Source: Lama glama
Lineage: Eukaryota
Assembly (NCBI GenBank): GCA_028534125.1
Contig: CM052816.1
Coordinates: 43,960,001-44,024,000, forward strand
Direction: 5' to 3'
Length of the DNA stretch: 64,000 nt
Shown here: one piece after another, positions 1 through 14,620 of the stretch
Position numbering within the stretch: position 1 is the stretch's first letter
Layout of the letters: the number at the start of each line of letters is the position of its first letter
Notes under the pieces: model-generated
Told to the model about the DNA's origin: nothing
What the model saw: only the letters and a program-made list of their open reading frames with translations
Databases searched by the model: none
Position numbers and translations under genes: made by a program

Positions 1-92
1 CATGCCATTGCAACTTCTGACCTTCAGAACTGTGGGAAAATATCTTGTATTGTTTTAAGTCACAAAGTTTCGGGTAATGTGTTACAGCAACA
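1..92 (+). mobile_element. MaLR LTR (MLT1-type) 3' end, cut by the window edge
   Basis: cttctgaccttcagaactgtg...ttgttttaagtcacaaagtttcgggtaatgtgttacagcaac resembles the recalled MLT1 terminus. Confidence 0.7.
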
Positions 93-3000
93 CTATGATG
101 CTACCATGTAGGCCGAAAGCAAAATCTTTACAGAAAACTTATTTCTTTCTTTTTCCTTCCTTCCTTTCTGCCCCCTCCCTCCACATTTCATACACGATTT
201 GAAGTGTTTGAGCAACATATAGTCAGGGGAACTTTATTTATAACCCACCAACTTCTTGGAGAGATATTATAAGTAGCAATTACTTCATGCTTTGACTCCC
301 CTCCACCTGGCTAATACTCTCACTCTTGGTTGGTTCCATGCAAAGGATAGATGTCCATTGCATCTTCCAATGCTAATTCTAATCAACTAATGGAAATACT
401 GGTGTTATTTTGGAGTGCAAGTTTTCGAAAGATTCTGAAGCTGTGTTGAGGCTTAGGAAAAAGCAATGTGACCAATTATCAATGTAAATATTTGCTGTGA
501 ACCCAGGAGGAGGGAAGTAGTGCCATGTTTCAAAGTGAGAGAGACCTGGAAAAGTGCTTTAGAGATAGGAAGGCAGATTGATTCATTGGATTACAAAGAA
601 GCTTGAAGTTATTGGGGTAAATGCTGAGGGAAGAGATGCCCAAAGGGAATAATCTTGTCTTATTTCAAATATTCTTCTTGGGAATCAACCTGGACTAATA
701 TTTCTTAGAGTCCATAACTGTGTATGTCACAGCGAACTGGAATAACAGCCCTTGCTAGGCTCCCAGTGTTCTACTGGGCTGTGATCCACACACAAAAATA
801 ATTCCTTTGGCCTAGGGAGATTCACAGGCTATATAAAACCATGAATGGTTTTGCTCATCATTACAGTTGATAAAAGTGCTGTGAGCAACTTTTAGTAGCC
901 TGACAAGTATCTCAAACTGAGAAGGTGCATGACCAAAGGAAAACTGAGGGTTAACTGGCATTGTTATAAACTTTAGATTGTGTTTGATGAGCCCTGATTG
1001 AATATCAGATTTGAGATGTCCCTTTCTCACAAAGTACTTGAGAAAAAGAAAAATACTTGTTAGAATTATTTTTCAGATGTCCTGTTTTATCATTACAGCA
1101 TGGCCTCAAAAGTAGCTGGAGGGAAATGTCAAAATACTAGTTTTTGCTTAAGAATCTCTATATATTGACCAAGAGCAATGCTTCCTATCTGTAGAGCTGT
1201 GAAGTCCATAGCTTTAGGGAACTGGATGGTCTAGAATGCATATTTGAGCAACAGACATTTCTCCTCAAATAGTAAACTCTTAACCTTTCATTTTCATGTA
1301 CATGTAACTTAGATATTTGCTTGAAGAATTTTTTTTTATTGTTTTTATCAGTGGAGATGGAGAAATCCCATTATCTAAGCCTAGGAAGAGAAAAGTCTCT
1401 TCTCAACTGATATGTATATCATTTTAATTGGGCACAGTTCTAATGATACACACTTGACAAATGACATGTTTACAATTAAGACTTCTTCACATTAGTTGTG
1501 ACATTAACTTACTACAGCCAACTCATCATTTAAATTTTGTGCTAATTTAATACTAGATATATGCTACAGTTGAAATACTCATAGTATCAAAATGTTGGAA
1601 GGTATAAAATAATGTACCTCCTTTATGCAATTAAATCTACTAATTAACAACCCATTCATGTTGGGTTTATGGCACAGAAACTTCTTACCAATCAAATGAG
1701 CTGTTGTCGGGTTAAAGAGAAACAAATGTTTCGTGAGTGTTGAAAACAATACAGAAAGTCCTAATACATAATAATTATTTAAGACTCAATCTCAATGTCT
1801 GTGGTTGAGTGTAAGTAGGACATACACAGGGAAGTGGAAAGAGAGCAATGTTTTAGGATTGATATACAGTGAATAGCTTTGCATGAAAAATTAAGATTCC
1901 TCTGAACCTACCTGAAATAAAGCATCCGGTGCGTGATAGAGATGGATCACTTGCTCTCATAAATCTGGCATTTAAACTGAACTAGTTATGAATATTTGTG
2001 ACAGAAAGATTTAGCTGTATGCCTCATCCCCCCACCAGTGACTAAATAATTAGTCTTTCAGTTAATCTTCATTACCATTGTCATCTTCCACCTTGTCCTT
2101 TGAAAACAAGATTGAAATAGAAGGAGATCCAGAAATTCATATTGAGAAATATGAGGGCTGTAAAGCCATTCAAATGACAAAGGTGCTTGGAAGAGACAGC
2201 AAAAGTTATTTCATCTAATCTATAGATACACCAATGTTAAATTGATTAAAATTTCAAAGGAGATTTTGGTGCATGTTAATGCTGATGAATAGTCCAGAGA
2301 CAGCAAAGGGTAAGATGAAATGCAGTCTAGGAGGAAGCACTAAATTGTCTTTCACATACCTTGTGCTCTCTCCCGTGCCTGCCCCCTGCCCTCAAATGCA
2401 TCTAGCCACTACTTCAGTCTTACAGCACAAATTCGCTTCTGGAAAGTTTATGTGATGAGAACTAAGATTGTGGATATACTTTTAGAATCCCCTCATGAAT
2501 TCCAGAAGAGAAAAAGAGAGACTGATGGAGAACTTAATTCCTACGGATAAGTTTCAGTCACTGGGAAGGCATCTTCATTTAGACACTTTTGACTGGTGTA
2601 TCTCCAGAAGCCCATTTATAGACAAATAAAACCAATTATATCACTATTTATTTAGCACCCACTGGGCATCGGACAATATGATCACATGTTATCTGATTCT
2701 GCCCACAATCCTGTCCTCTAGGTGTTAGTCTTCTTTTTCAGACAAGGCTATTGAGGCCCAAGAGGTAAAATAAAATTGTTGAGGGTAATTGCAAGTTTGT
2801 GGTAGAACACGAGCTTGAAACCATAGTTGTAAGATTTCAAGCAAAAGCTGTCAGATGATTTTGTTTGTACTATATTGCAAATACTTATTTCACTTTTTAG
2901 GTTTTCAAGGAGGTAGAAAGGGTGCAGAGAACAGTAGGCTGTGTGGAGAAAAGCAAAAGTAAAATCAGCAAAGAAATAGGCTTGACAAGAGGGATATAGT

Positions 3001-5844
3001 GTTTTCTTAAGATTAGCTGTATTTTTACCGGAAGTTATGCTGATCATAGCCGTTTTTTTTATTTAAAAAACCTCTGGATAGTCATCTGTCCAGGAACCAC
3101 AAGCTTCTGCATAGACAAGTTGTATTGGTTTTAGATCTTCTTTAACTGAAGTTATTGATAAAATGTGATTGTTTCAGCCATTTTTGCACATTCAAAGGCA
3201 GATAGCTCTTTTAGGAGGTCCTCTGAGTCCTTTACCCGGCTTGAGGTAGAAAGAATCATGCCACCTTCATTATCTGTTTGCAAGAGCACATAAACAGAAG
3301 CTTCACTGACATTCAACATGAAGGAGTGTTCCCAGTGAAATTTAGAGAAGAGTCACCTTCCTGCCAATAACAGATTAAAGGAAGCTTAGTTTTCAATATA
3401 GCTGCATAATTTGACCCACTTATTGTTCAGTACTTTCTTTCAGGGCATAGTATCTGAATCAGGCAAGAACATCTTGGATTGTCACCCAGTGATGAATTAT
3501 TTGTGAATGAAAAAGTTGTTCTTTTGTTTTTCATTTAGATATATATGCATTTTTCTTCCTAGACAGGAATTAATTAGTGCTTTTCTGTCCCAGACATCTA
3601 CTACATGAAAAGAATGTAAAGCCAGAACTATCAATGCAATTAACATTGGAAACATTAGAGTTGGAAAAAAGAAAGAAGTCTGACAATACATTTAGATACT
3701 TTAAGTCCATCATAAACTAATGAACTACATTGTGAATTAAAAGGATAAAGAAAACTCACTGAATTCCAGATTGGGTACTTTCAAGTTACGCTGAGCTATC
3801 TTCCATCTTATCTTCTTGCCACTGTAAGAGGTTACAATTGAAAGAGTTTATTAATTTCAACACAAAAATTAGGACATTTTGGGTACTCCATCTGGAAGAA
3901 ATCGCTGCCTTTGCTTATAGGTGCCTCTTTGCATGGTAGTGAAATTCTTTTAATCAGGTTCAAACATTAGTTGATATTGTTCTGACTTAATAACAGAAAG
4001 CTCTGGCACTTGTTTTAGAGACGCACATGCTTTGAAACTAAACAACAGTGCAAAATCATAGTCATCTGGGTTCTCTTCAAAAGTCAGTTTCAGGGAAGCA
4101 TTCAAGCATTCTTTAAAATACTGTTAACTCAAAACCTGCATTAGACCACCAGAAGAGCACATCAGGGAGAATTCAGATCAGGGTGGGTGAATATGGGGTC
4201 TTCCGTCATTTCCTCACCTTGAGGAAGACACTGCTATTTGAGGCCCTGCTGATTCCAGAACTAGCTATAAACTCATTCTGGAGAGTATTTGATATCTCCC
4301 TGAAATCATATTCACATAAAGTGTATTTTATTATTATGCGGTCAAGTTTTCTTAAAAAAACTGTTTAAGAAAATTTGAAATAAAATGTATATTTGTATTT
4401 GCCATACCATTTTTTGAGGAAACGGTATCCTATATCTAAGTCTGAGAAATTTAAATTCTTTCTCCTTTTTAATAAGGACAAATAATTATGTTTTCTATTT
4501 TGATTTCAGAGCTGAAAACTTCAGGTCTAAATTTTAAATGAGCACAAGCAGATGAGATAGGCAGGCTCTTAGTATCAACATATCTTTATACTTTTTTCCT
4601 TGGTTCTGATTTTCTGTTTCTCTTTCACTTTTTATTAAAGGTCTTTTCCTAGAATCTGCTTCAAATCCTCTGTGGGAAAAGGTGAGATTATACATAAATA
4701 AAAATTCTAAAAATACATGTGGTGGGACTGTAGATTATTGGATAGAAAATTGCCCACCAGTTTTTCAGTGAGGATGTTCACACTAAAAAAAAAACAAAAC
4801 AAAACTTCTGTTCCAAGTAAACTTTCACGTATTTGAGTACTACAATTTTAAAGCTCACACAACGTAATAAACATCAATGATGAGGTAAAAATTTGGGGTT
4901 CTGAGGTTCTTGACCCCGACAGCTAACTACATTGGTGCCTATGGATTTAGTCCTGTTGAGCTTGGGCTGTTCAGTGTTTCCACGCAGTTCAGTGCCTGCA
5001 TCCTCCATTTTCATGCTTCAGTTCCTTAAAACTTCCCTACAACTCTTGCTGTGAAAAAGAAGACAATTTTATTGTCATTTCTGTTCAAAACTACAAATGA
5101 CTTGTGCTGGACAGTAGAATCTAGGTGGTGGAGAGATATTGTATAAAAGCCAAAGTGAATAACTTTCATTTCAGGGAAGGAGAAATAAAAACCTTGAGAA
5201 TGTTAAATTTTAAAAGTATGCAAGGGATAGAGTTGAGAAGATGAAAATTTGTTGTTCAGAGATTTACTAACATTAAGAAAGATACGTTCTTATTTTTTCC
5301 TAGATACATGCTTTTTAAAACATTAAACATCGGCTTACCCATACTTTCCAACACTAATCATTTAGGCTCATTAGAAATTTACAGTTGAAAAGATAAAAAG
5401 ATTTTGTTTAAGTCCAGAAAGATTTCTGTTTGTTTTTCAAAGCAGTGGGTTTCTTTTTCCCTTTTAAAGATGAAAAATATTGACTTAAACTTTCTTTCTC
5501 ATCCTCTTCTAAAAAAAACAGTTATCTAAGACAGTAATGAGTATGAGATGGTGACCCACAAAAATTAACTTGTACTTCTGAAAACCAGTTAGTGACAATT
5601 GATATCTCACTATTTTGTAAGCTAAAGTTATATTCCTGTGAGTCCTTGTCAGAGCTGAAAATTTAATATTATGAATTCTTGCACCTATATGACCCATTTC
5701 CAAATACCCCCATGAGGAATCTATAATCTCTCGGCTTGGCAGGCATCTAAAAAACGTAGATAAGAATTATTATTAGATCTTTCCTAGCTGTGTCATAAAT
5801 TGGAATTATTTTCTTTAAAAAGAATAATTAAAATTAAAGAGATA

Positions 5845-6230
5845 TAGGACCAAAAATCAGTTACCAAGGATTAAGGAAGGCAAAGAGGGTGTGATTTAAA
5901 AGGGGCAGCATGAAGAGTTCCTTTGTGATGAAGAAACAATTCTGCATCTTGATTGTGGGGCTGGTTATAAGTATGAACATGTGGTAACACGCCATAGAAC
6001 TGTGTATAAAAACATACAAAAATGAGTGAATTCAAACACTGGTGAAATCTTAGTGAGATCTATGGGCTAGTTAATTGAATTGTGCCAACATTTTTCTGGT
6101 TTTGTTAATGTACTATGGTTATGTAAAATGTCACCTTTGGAGAAAGCTAGGTGATGGCCACCCAGGGCTTCTCTACAACTTAATGTGAGTCTAAATTATT
6201 TCAAACTAAAATCTTTTTTTTAAAAAAAGT
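5845..6230 (+). mobile_element. Old L1 (L1MC/MD-like) 3' UTR fragment
   Basis: ttctgcatcttgattgtgg, tgtactatggttatgtaaaatgtcacc and gtgagtctaaattatttcaaa motifs typical of old L1 3' ends, followed by an A/T run. Confidence 0.65.
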
Positions 6231-6679
6231 AATCAAATTAGCTAAAAGTGGGGCGGGTTTTATTGATTATGTTTTCAGTTTCAGTCACCTAGTATATAAC
6301 AAAAAGAAAATGAATTTATGTATCTAGCAGAAATAAATATATAAAGGAATCATATTTAAGTATTTTTGAAACTGATTCGCTACATTTTGATTCTACTGCA
6401 TATTATAATTGCTTAAAAGTTTATATACAGGGTTTGCTATTATTTTATGACAGAAAATCACATTTCCCATTCTCCCACTGATCTATTGATCTAGATGTGT
6501 GAGACCACTTCAGATGTGATGCCATTTTTTCTAAAGAAACTAAAAAGAACCTAGACTCCATTCAACACTTTCCCCAAAGGCTGCCTGAGCTACTTTCATA
6601 CCACTTCAGTGGATGACACAATTTATAGAGAATAATTCCTGTCAAAATCCAACAGCATCTTTTCTATGTACTTTATGAT

Positions 6680-6810
6680 AATAAATAGGTAATATTTATT
6701 AAGCATTTGTTACGTTAACAGGAACAGTGCTGAAACTTTTATAGATTGTCTCATTTAATATCATTCTCACCCAGTGAGGTAGGTTATTATCATTCCAGGT
6801 TTACAAGGTT
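6680..6810 (-). mobile_element. MIR SINE fragment
   Basis: atttattaagcatt...tctcatttaat...gtgaggtaggttattatcattcc matches the reverse MIR core. Confidence 0.65.
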
Positions 6811-7336
6811 GGCCTAAATATGTCAGAGGCTTTCTTTCTAAATGTGGTACTGCTGGATAGTGGTTTGAAAATTCCAAGTGTTTACTATTAATTTGTAGCT
6901 GCTGAAGTGTACACGTTGATCTGAGGACTGCATTGTCAGTTCTGAAGCAAACTCATTTTCTCAGGCTAGCCACAGTACACTCACTTTTCAAAGTTCTCTA
7001 GAGTTAGCACTAAATTCAACTCATCAAGTTCTTCCCAGTCATCAATGAACATAATACACCATCCCATACTCCCGTGAGAAAGCACCATTGTCCAGTGTCA
7101 GCTCCCAGAGAAGGTGTATCCTGCATATACTAGTTGAAACTTCTGCTTTGGCATTAAGGGCTTAATGGGATTTGCACAATTGTCTCAATTTGGAAGAAGC
7201 AATGTATTAATCCAGGCTTCAGGAGTTTAGTGATGTCAGTGTTGTATAATTAAGGCAGGTTTTAAAACACAAAAGAAAAGAAACAAAATAAACACTCTCC
7301 CCAAACTTCAAATGTACAGATTCTCAAAATTATAAA

Positions 7337-7365
7337 AGATGATGATGAAGATGGTGATGATGATG
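7337..7365. repeat. (GAT)n imperfect microsatellite
   Basis: gatgatgatgaagatggtgatgatgatgat seen directly. Confidence 0.85.
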
Positions 7366-8334
7366 ATACACAAAGGATCCATTTCCTTTTGGGGAAGAAT
7401 TTATTGATTCGCCTATAGCTATTTTTATGAATTAGGTTTTGGTGGTTGATTTGAAAGCACAACATAACATGTAGCAGCTGATTAAATTGTGCTGTTTCTT
7501 ATTCATGTTTAACAATTCATCTTTTCAAAGGTTAACTTTTCATAAGTTGAGTTCTTTAAAGTTCCCTGAAAGCAGAACCCTGTGATTTACATTTCCACTG
7601 TAAATTCCTAGCAGAGGGGAGACCCAGTAAACATGCAGTAAACTGATGTTTTGAGGCAAGAAGTGTAACTGAATCGAAAACAAGAACTATAATACACCAA
7701 ACCATTCTAATAAAACTGAATCATTGTATTTCTTCAAATTGTCACTGATGTTAGCAAATTCTTCATTCACATTTCTATTGATATAAGTTTTAATATGATA
7801 TACGGTGTTAGTATGATAAATTTTATAAATTATTAAATTATATTTATATATACATATGCATATGCATTCAACTTCTTACCAAAATAAATTGAAAACTGGG
7901 ACAAGAACTGTTTCCTATTTGAGAGATGAATTAGGAACACTGTCCTTACAGGTGCATATTGACACTTTGAGTTAGCTATCTGAGAGGAGAGATGCAATGC
8001 CAACTTTTGTTTGTTTGTTACTTCCCATAAAAGTCTGTTTCATCATTAACTTTGAGTGAATTCTCTCCATTTGCCACTCCTTCCTGGATAAAGTCTTTTA
8101 AATTAAATGGAAACTTCAAAATCCCTATAAATTATGATAGATATAATAAAACTATAAATATAAAATAAAATAGTAGATTCATGGCACTTAAATATAGCAT
8201 TTAGCATATGCACATAATTCTATGATTTAAAATGTATCATAAAATACATACAGATATTTGAAGGTAAATTTCAAAGAAAATTTTGAAGAAAGCACTTTTT
8301 TTCTAGCCCAACGTAGGAAGGCTTGCAATAATAA

Positions 8335-8535
8335 ATGCTGGTATCTGTGAAGTGTTTTCCATTGGCTAGGCACTGTTTTAGGCAATTTACAAAGGCTGTG
8401 TGCTTTGATGCCCACAATAACTCTATGATGAAGCACCAAGAGCTTAGGTAACTCACCCAAGGGCTCACACTTGGAAAAGAAAGGGCGAAGATTCACTCCA
8501 AACTATCGGTTCCCTAGTCCAACCCTTACCCACTA
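8335..8535 (-). mobile_element. MIR SINE fragment
   Basis: ctaggcactgttttaggc...cacaataactctatga...ggtaactcacccaagggctcacac. Confidence 0.6.
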
Positions 8536-11500
8536 CACCGGCTCTCGCCAAAGAGTCCAGTGATTTCTAGCTCTGCTCCTTCCAAAGTCTTGTGCTTTTA
8601 CACTGTCCCCTGCACAATTTACATTTTGGCTTTTACAGAAGGCATGAATTATAGGCTGCTTTCTTCACAGAATAACTGTGAAGATCAAATGAAAATGTTG
8701 GATATACTGTTAACCTGTCAAAGCACAATGAAAAATATGAGTTTTTATCCACATTACAAAAATTTTCCTGCTCATTTTTATTATTCGTATAGAAACTACA
8801 GATTGAAGACTCCAGACTCTCTGCGTATATACACTTCATGCAATCATTCCCCATCGTTTATTCAAATAATAAATATAAAATGAGCATGTATTATGAGCCA
8901 GTCTTTATAAGTGTTGAGAATACAGTGATGGACAAGGCGGTGAAGCTTCCTACCCTAATGAAACTTCGAAGGGTTTGTGGGTGGGGAAGGAGGAGGAGGA
9001 CTTTGCAGAACTTAAGCAACATTTTAGGAGATGTAGAGTTCCAAGATGATGCTAATAAAATTAGTCCAAAGGAAGTATAATTTTCTATACTTAACACCAT
9101 GAAAATCAATTCAGCTGAAGAAACATTTCATGAAGTTCTCTTCAGAATTAAAACCACATCATATTAGAAGGCAGAGTAATTCTTAAAACATATGAAATCA
9201 ATTATTATTTTAACGCTGTTACATCTCAAATCACCATTCATGGACGTTATACCAATCTAGAATAAGAGATTCTAAAGAGTAAAACTCTGAGTACTGTATG
9301 GTATAAAGCCTATAACTCATTTTATTTTAGGTCTGGGTTTTTAAAATCTAATATTTGAGAACTAAAGTTTTTGAGCGTCACTGCAAATCCAGGAAAGCAA
9401 CAACCAGGTCAAAACTTTCACTTTCCAGTTTCTGGAGGAAGCACACAACAGAATATCACCAAATACACAATCTAGCATTTTGTCAATACCTGAGGATAAA
9501 ATACTAGATTTAACTAATCTTAATAATTAGCCAGGAAAATCAGCCTAACTTCCATTAAATTGAATAAACCAGTAGAATTTGCTATGCCAGCCATTCTATT
9601 TTATCATGCGATCAATAAGCCAGGACATTAATTTAAGCCCAGTCTTTGGTTTTATTTTTGCTCTTGTCTCGTGGTTTGGACTGTGTCCCAGAGCCAATGT
9701 GACCAGAAGTGGAAGAGACTAAAGGAGACGCCATGCTCCAGGGTACATTTTGTATTGTTAAGAGAGAGCCTGCATGGTGATGAGTCTGTCGTCTTAGCCT
9801 TTGATGGTCTTCCCTGTTATAGTTTATTTATGGTGCATTTATACATGTACTTGTTCATTCATTTGTTTTTCCAGATACCCAGCAATAACATCTTAGTACC
9901 AGAACTTCATGAATAAAGTTCAGCTGTGATTTCCAAATTATAGCATAAAACATTCCACCAACTCACCTAAAACCACCCCCAAATCCCACCATAAGCCATT
10001 ATTTGAACCAGATTAGTTGAGCCAACTTCTTGAAAGATGCCAAATTTCTGCATCTACCCTTCTCATATTCTCTAACTCCCAAATCTGAGTAAGTTATTGC
10101 CTTAGTTTGATGTCTTAGCATTTTCCACTTTCCCTGGTGTCAGCTTTTGGCATTTTCTACTAGAATGCCAACACCCTCAGTATGAATAGTGTCTTTTTGT
10201 TGATCACTGCATCAATATCTTATAGTAGTGCTGATATAAAGTGGGTATTCAGTAAATATTTATTTCATAAAATTAAAAAATCATATTTCTAATAGTCAGA
10301 TGAGTTACTTAGTAGCCAAAACTATTGACAAATAAATTCAATCTGATAAAATAAGTAAGAGATTTCAGAATAGGAAGAATAACATTGAAATGTTAGAGTG
10401 ATATGTGCTCTCTTAATTTTTAGAAAGTTTTGAATTCACATGATGTATGGAACACTATTTTATTAGTTAAAGTGATTTCATCCTTAAAAGTCCAAAAATC
10501 CAAGAAGTATAATGTTTACCAGAAAATGTAGATTGTTATTGGCATGAATAATTACTTGTCTACATATCCACACACACAGTGGAAATGTGGCGTTCCCAAT
10601 TTCCAACCATTCCAATGCTGCTGTAAGTTTTAGGAGGAGGCTTTTCAGAGCTGGAACATATAGAAACTTCATTCCTTATCTTTTAATCAAAGGAAGGATT
10701 AATTTCCAAAAGCTGTCCTTCTGGTTCCTTTCATGCGCTCTAAATTTACATGATAAAAAGGCAGAAATATAATTAATATATTTTTTCAATAAGAGACAGT
10801 TTTAGGCGTGTGCTTCAGCAATGAATTGTGAAAGATTTGACACATCTAATTTTGAAATCTATGTCCCAACCCTCAGAGAGGAGAAAGGAGAAGGCAAGGC
10901 CTGCCACCTTCGGCTTCTGAGATCTTTTCTGTGATCTATAGCTGTAAACCATGGGAAGATTGTCTCAGTTTTGCTCTTGAAACATGTATCAGGCCCTTTT
11001 GCCAACACAGGCTTTCTTGTCACACATTTCACTGATTCTAAACCAGCAAAGGGGCTGTCATCTGGCAGCATTACTTACATTTGAACCTCTTATCTTTCAA
11101 ATCTAATCTGCAATTGCTAAACGTCGCAATCGGCATCCAAAAAAAGGGGGCAGTGACTGCTATGATAACATCAGGGATATTATGCCATAAATATTTCCAA
11201 TAAGAAGACTGATGAGAAAAGGAACTCCTAGAGCGGAGGGAAAAGAAGTTGTGGGAGAATCCCACTGTGTGTTTTCAAAAGAGGACAATGTGGGAGGGGA
11301 ACCAGATCAGACTGGTAGTCCAAGGTCAAATGCATTGATCTGACTCACTGCACAAGTTCAGCCCAACACCACCAGTGTGAGGCAGATCCCTACAAAAAGA
11401 GACAGAAGGGTATCATCAGAAACTCAGGGTCTTTGAGTCATAAATACTAGATTTGTTAATTTTTGCGTGACAAACTGCTTAATTTCAGTTGGCATTTTCT

Positions 11501-12444
11501 ATAAAATATGAGACATGGGTTGACTGTACCTAATGAAGTTCTTGTAATTAGTGCCAGAACTGGCACTTGGGAAGGCATTGCATGAAGGAGGCTTATAGTT
11601 TGAGGGGTCTGCGTCCAGGAGACTAGGAATCTCAGGCGTGTGTTTTAGAATCTGATTCTGTTGTAAGTTTTCAGACACATGTGTAAGGCACACAAGGAGC
11701 CTGGATCTTCTTCACTTGGCAGTATGGACTGGTACAAAAGTTCTGAAGATAGCAGTTTGTTAGAATATGTTTACGGAAGGACTATGAATGTTATTTACGC
11801 CTATACATCCATGCTAACTTCATACTGGGAATGAATCAGCGTCTATAGCGTGATCCCAGATGAACTCATCGACTCAGATGACTAGTGAGGGTGGGAAGGT
11901 GAGAGCAAGACAGGGACTGTTCACTTTTCCAATACTCTAGCATACATTGTTGGTAATTCAGTAACGTTTGTGTAGATTTGTGGAGTTAGCAGCTTATTTC
12001 CAAGTAATGGCAAGTTATTTTTGTATATGGCTTACAAGGTCCATATCTAAGCATACCAGGCTTCCGTGCCCAGAGAACGTGACTGGTCTGGTGTGCACAG
12101 AGACTTTTGACTGTGAGCTACAGTTCATCCAGGAAAGATATACATTCATAAGTATTTGGACCTAGTTAACCCTTGGCCAAGGGTAAAGAGAACAAACATA
12201 GGAAAAAAATGACATTGCTAAACACAAACTAGTCTTACCTATTAGTAAAGCCATCCTATTGAAGAAATAGAAGTTTTTTTCTTGATTTTTCTAGTGGGTG
12301 TTTTAAAAATCTCTTTGAAAAATCTGCTTTAGATTAACGTGTACATTCATATAGGTCCTCTGTCAACTTGTGATCAACTTTATTGGTTTTGAAAGGCCTA
12401 ACTCAGTTTTTTCCAAAATTGCCCAAACACAAACAATACTTTAA

Positions 12445-12580
12445 ATTCATTTTTAAAAAGGTATTTCCTGGTTCCCGTCCCATACATGTTGAAACTGAAT
12501 CCCCAGGGAGGGATTTGGGAATCTGTATATTTTTTAAAAAGAATCCCAAGTGATATTCCCAGACCTGTTTGGAAATCATT
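12445..12580. mobile_element. MER5-like hAT-Charlie DNA transposon remnant
   Basis: gggaatctgtatattttttaaaaagaatcccaagtgatattc...gtttggaaatcatt resembles the MER5 end. Confidence 0.55.
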
Positions 12581-13735
12581 ATCCCAAATTATTACCCTCA
12601 CCTAAGCCCTTTTTATAATATCTGTGAGCAGTCAGAATTCCACATATTGACTAAAACATACTTACTTTTCTGTATATTTCTCATTTTGAAGTCCATATAT
12701 GGAGCTTATTTCTTCTAGGTAAGTAAATGACAATCTATATTAATAATTATATTGTTGAAGACCAACATAGTTTGTGTCACAAATTCTGAATAATCTAAAT
12801 TATTTATTCAAGTCATAAAGAATGATTTGAGCATTCTTTGGACTCACTATGTAATTTTTAGTAGAAGTTCTAAGTGACTTGTGTTTCCATAGTTAACCAA
12901 ATTACATGAAAAATGTTAAATTAGGCTGATGATCTGTCATCATATTTTAATAGCTCTTACTATACTTATGGAATATTTTTATAATCTCATGTTAATTACT
13001 AACTGTCCTATTCTTGGAAAAAAAAGAACTAAGAGAATGAGGACTAAGAACCATCTAGAGCTTTGGATGTGGGGAAAGAATCAGTCTGGTATTTGATCCA
13101 TCTGCCCTTATGATGGCAATACATTTATTTAAACATTAAAAAAGGATGATAAGGTGGAATTTTCTTTTTTGATGAGCTATTTCCCAGGCGTAACTTTGTA
13201 ATATAAAAGTTTCCTATGTTGACTATATTTTCTTCCAAAAATTTCCTCAGTATCACTTCCCACGTGATGAGATTATTTACTCCTCAAGTCACTGGTCAAT
13301 TTAATACATAATTGAAAATCTACTACGGGCTAAGAGCTGGGGCAAATAAGTCAGATTTGCTTCTTACCTCCCTGAAACTCGTAGTAATGATGAAGTCAGG
13401 GTGGAGGGTGGAGTTTATTCCAGATTCACCTGGAAACTAAAAAGCAAACGGTACTGTTACCCACCTCCTCCCAGGGCCATGGATGGACACAGCCACAGTT
13501 GCAGGCGAGAGCATCACCTTGAGGTTGACCTCACTCCCTGCTCCCGTGAGGGTCGCTTCTCCTTGGACTGTACATCCCTATTTATCACACACTCCTGTCG
13601 ATGCCTCAGTCTTCCAGGTCATTTGTTACCAGAACAAGCAGACTTACCATGTTGTGCCCATTCCCCGGTCTGGTATTCCCACTCCCACATGCTCTCATCT
13701 CATGGGGACCTCCTGTCCACAATGGCCACCCTTTC

Positions 13736-13911
13736 CAGGCCTGGCTTCATGGGAATGCAGGCTGTGCAATTACACAGGGTCCCTACTCAGACAAGCTCCG
13801 TACTTGGCTCATTGCATTACTGTCACCATCTTCAACTTCTTAAAAATTTTTAAACAAGGGGTCTTGCATTTCCATTTTTCTCTGGCCCTGCTAATTTTGT
13901 AACCAATCGTG
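13736..13911 (+). mobile_element. MER91A-like non-autonomous hAT element
   Basis: caggcctggcttcatgggaatgc...cacagggtccc...aaacaaggggtcttgcatttccattttt...aattttgtaaccaatcgtg follows the recalled MER91A consensus end to end (~176 bp). Confidence 0.75.
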
Positions 13912-14234
13912 ATTACTCACTTTTGTCACTGCAGCATTACATCCTTGAGATTTGCAGTCATTTCTGCTTAAAATTGTTAACTCAGCTTGAAATAGCTGGT
14001 CCAGTTTTTTGAGATCCTAGCAAAAATTTCACCTTCTTATAGATACTTTTCTTAACCGTTATTTCTAAAAAAAAAAAATCCTCTCTGCCCAGTTACCTGT
14101 ATCCATGTGACAGCTAATTATCACTACAGCAACTATGACAATGGGGAGCTATTTTATTTGTTTACTTATTTCCCTACTATAGGTATATTCTCTGAAGGGA
14201 GGACCCTTATTTAGTCTTTTTCTATTTCTTTCTT

Positions 14235-14620
14235 TCTTTTTTTAACTGAAGTAACATTGGTTTATAGCATTGTGTACATTTCACACGTACAATGTCATAT
14301 TTTTACTTCTAAATACCCTACTGCGTGCTCACCACCAGAAATTTAGTTCCCAATCATCATCATATAGCTGATCCCCTTTATCCACTTCATCCTCCCCGAC
14401 CCCTTCCCTTCTAGTAACCACTACTGTTCTCTGTAACTACATGTTTGTTTTTGTTTATGGCTTTGTTTATTTATTTTGTTTACCTCTTGTGTTCCACAAA
14501 TGAGTGAAATCATACGATATTTGTCTTTTTCCGTCTGACTTATTTCACTTCATATAATACCCTCAAGATCCATCCATGTTGTTGCAAATAGCAAGATTTT
14601 ATCTTTTTTCTTTTTTTTTT
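14235..14620 (-). mobile_element. 5'-truncated L1 (3' UTR and ORF2 end) inserted in an L2 remnant
   Basis: T-rich tail, then ...ccacaaatgagtgaaatcatacgatatttgtctttttccgtctgacttatttcactt...ccatgttgttgcaaat, the reverse of the L1 ORF2 terminus. An L2 end (aatatttattgaatgaataaa) follows. Confidence 0.8.

Noticed and set aside
10540..11330. Repeat-poor stretch that might be a conserved non-coding element
   Set aside because: Impression only. No distinctive motif architecture, and conservation cannot be judged without alignment.
11760..11890. Short CpG-containing stretch considered as a C/D snoRNA or exon
   Set aside because: No canonical terminal C/D boxes or stem, and the minus-strand frames tested contain stops.
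13401..13902. Overlapping 150 aa and 139 aa ORFs
   Set aside because: No recognisable protein, and the 3' part runs through a MER91A element. Chance ORFs in a locally GC-richer patch.
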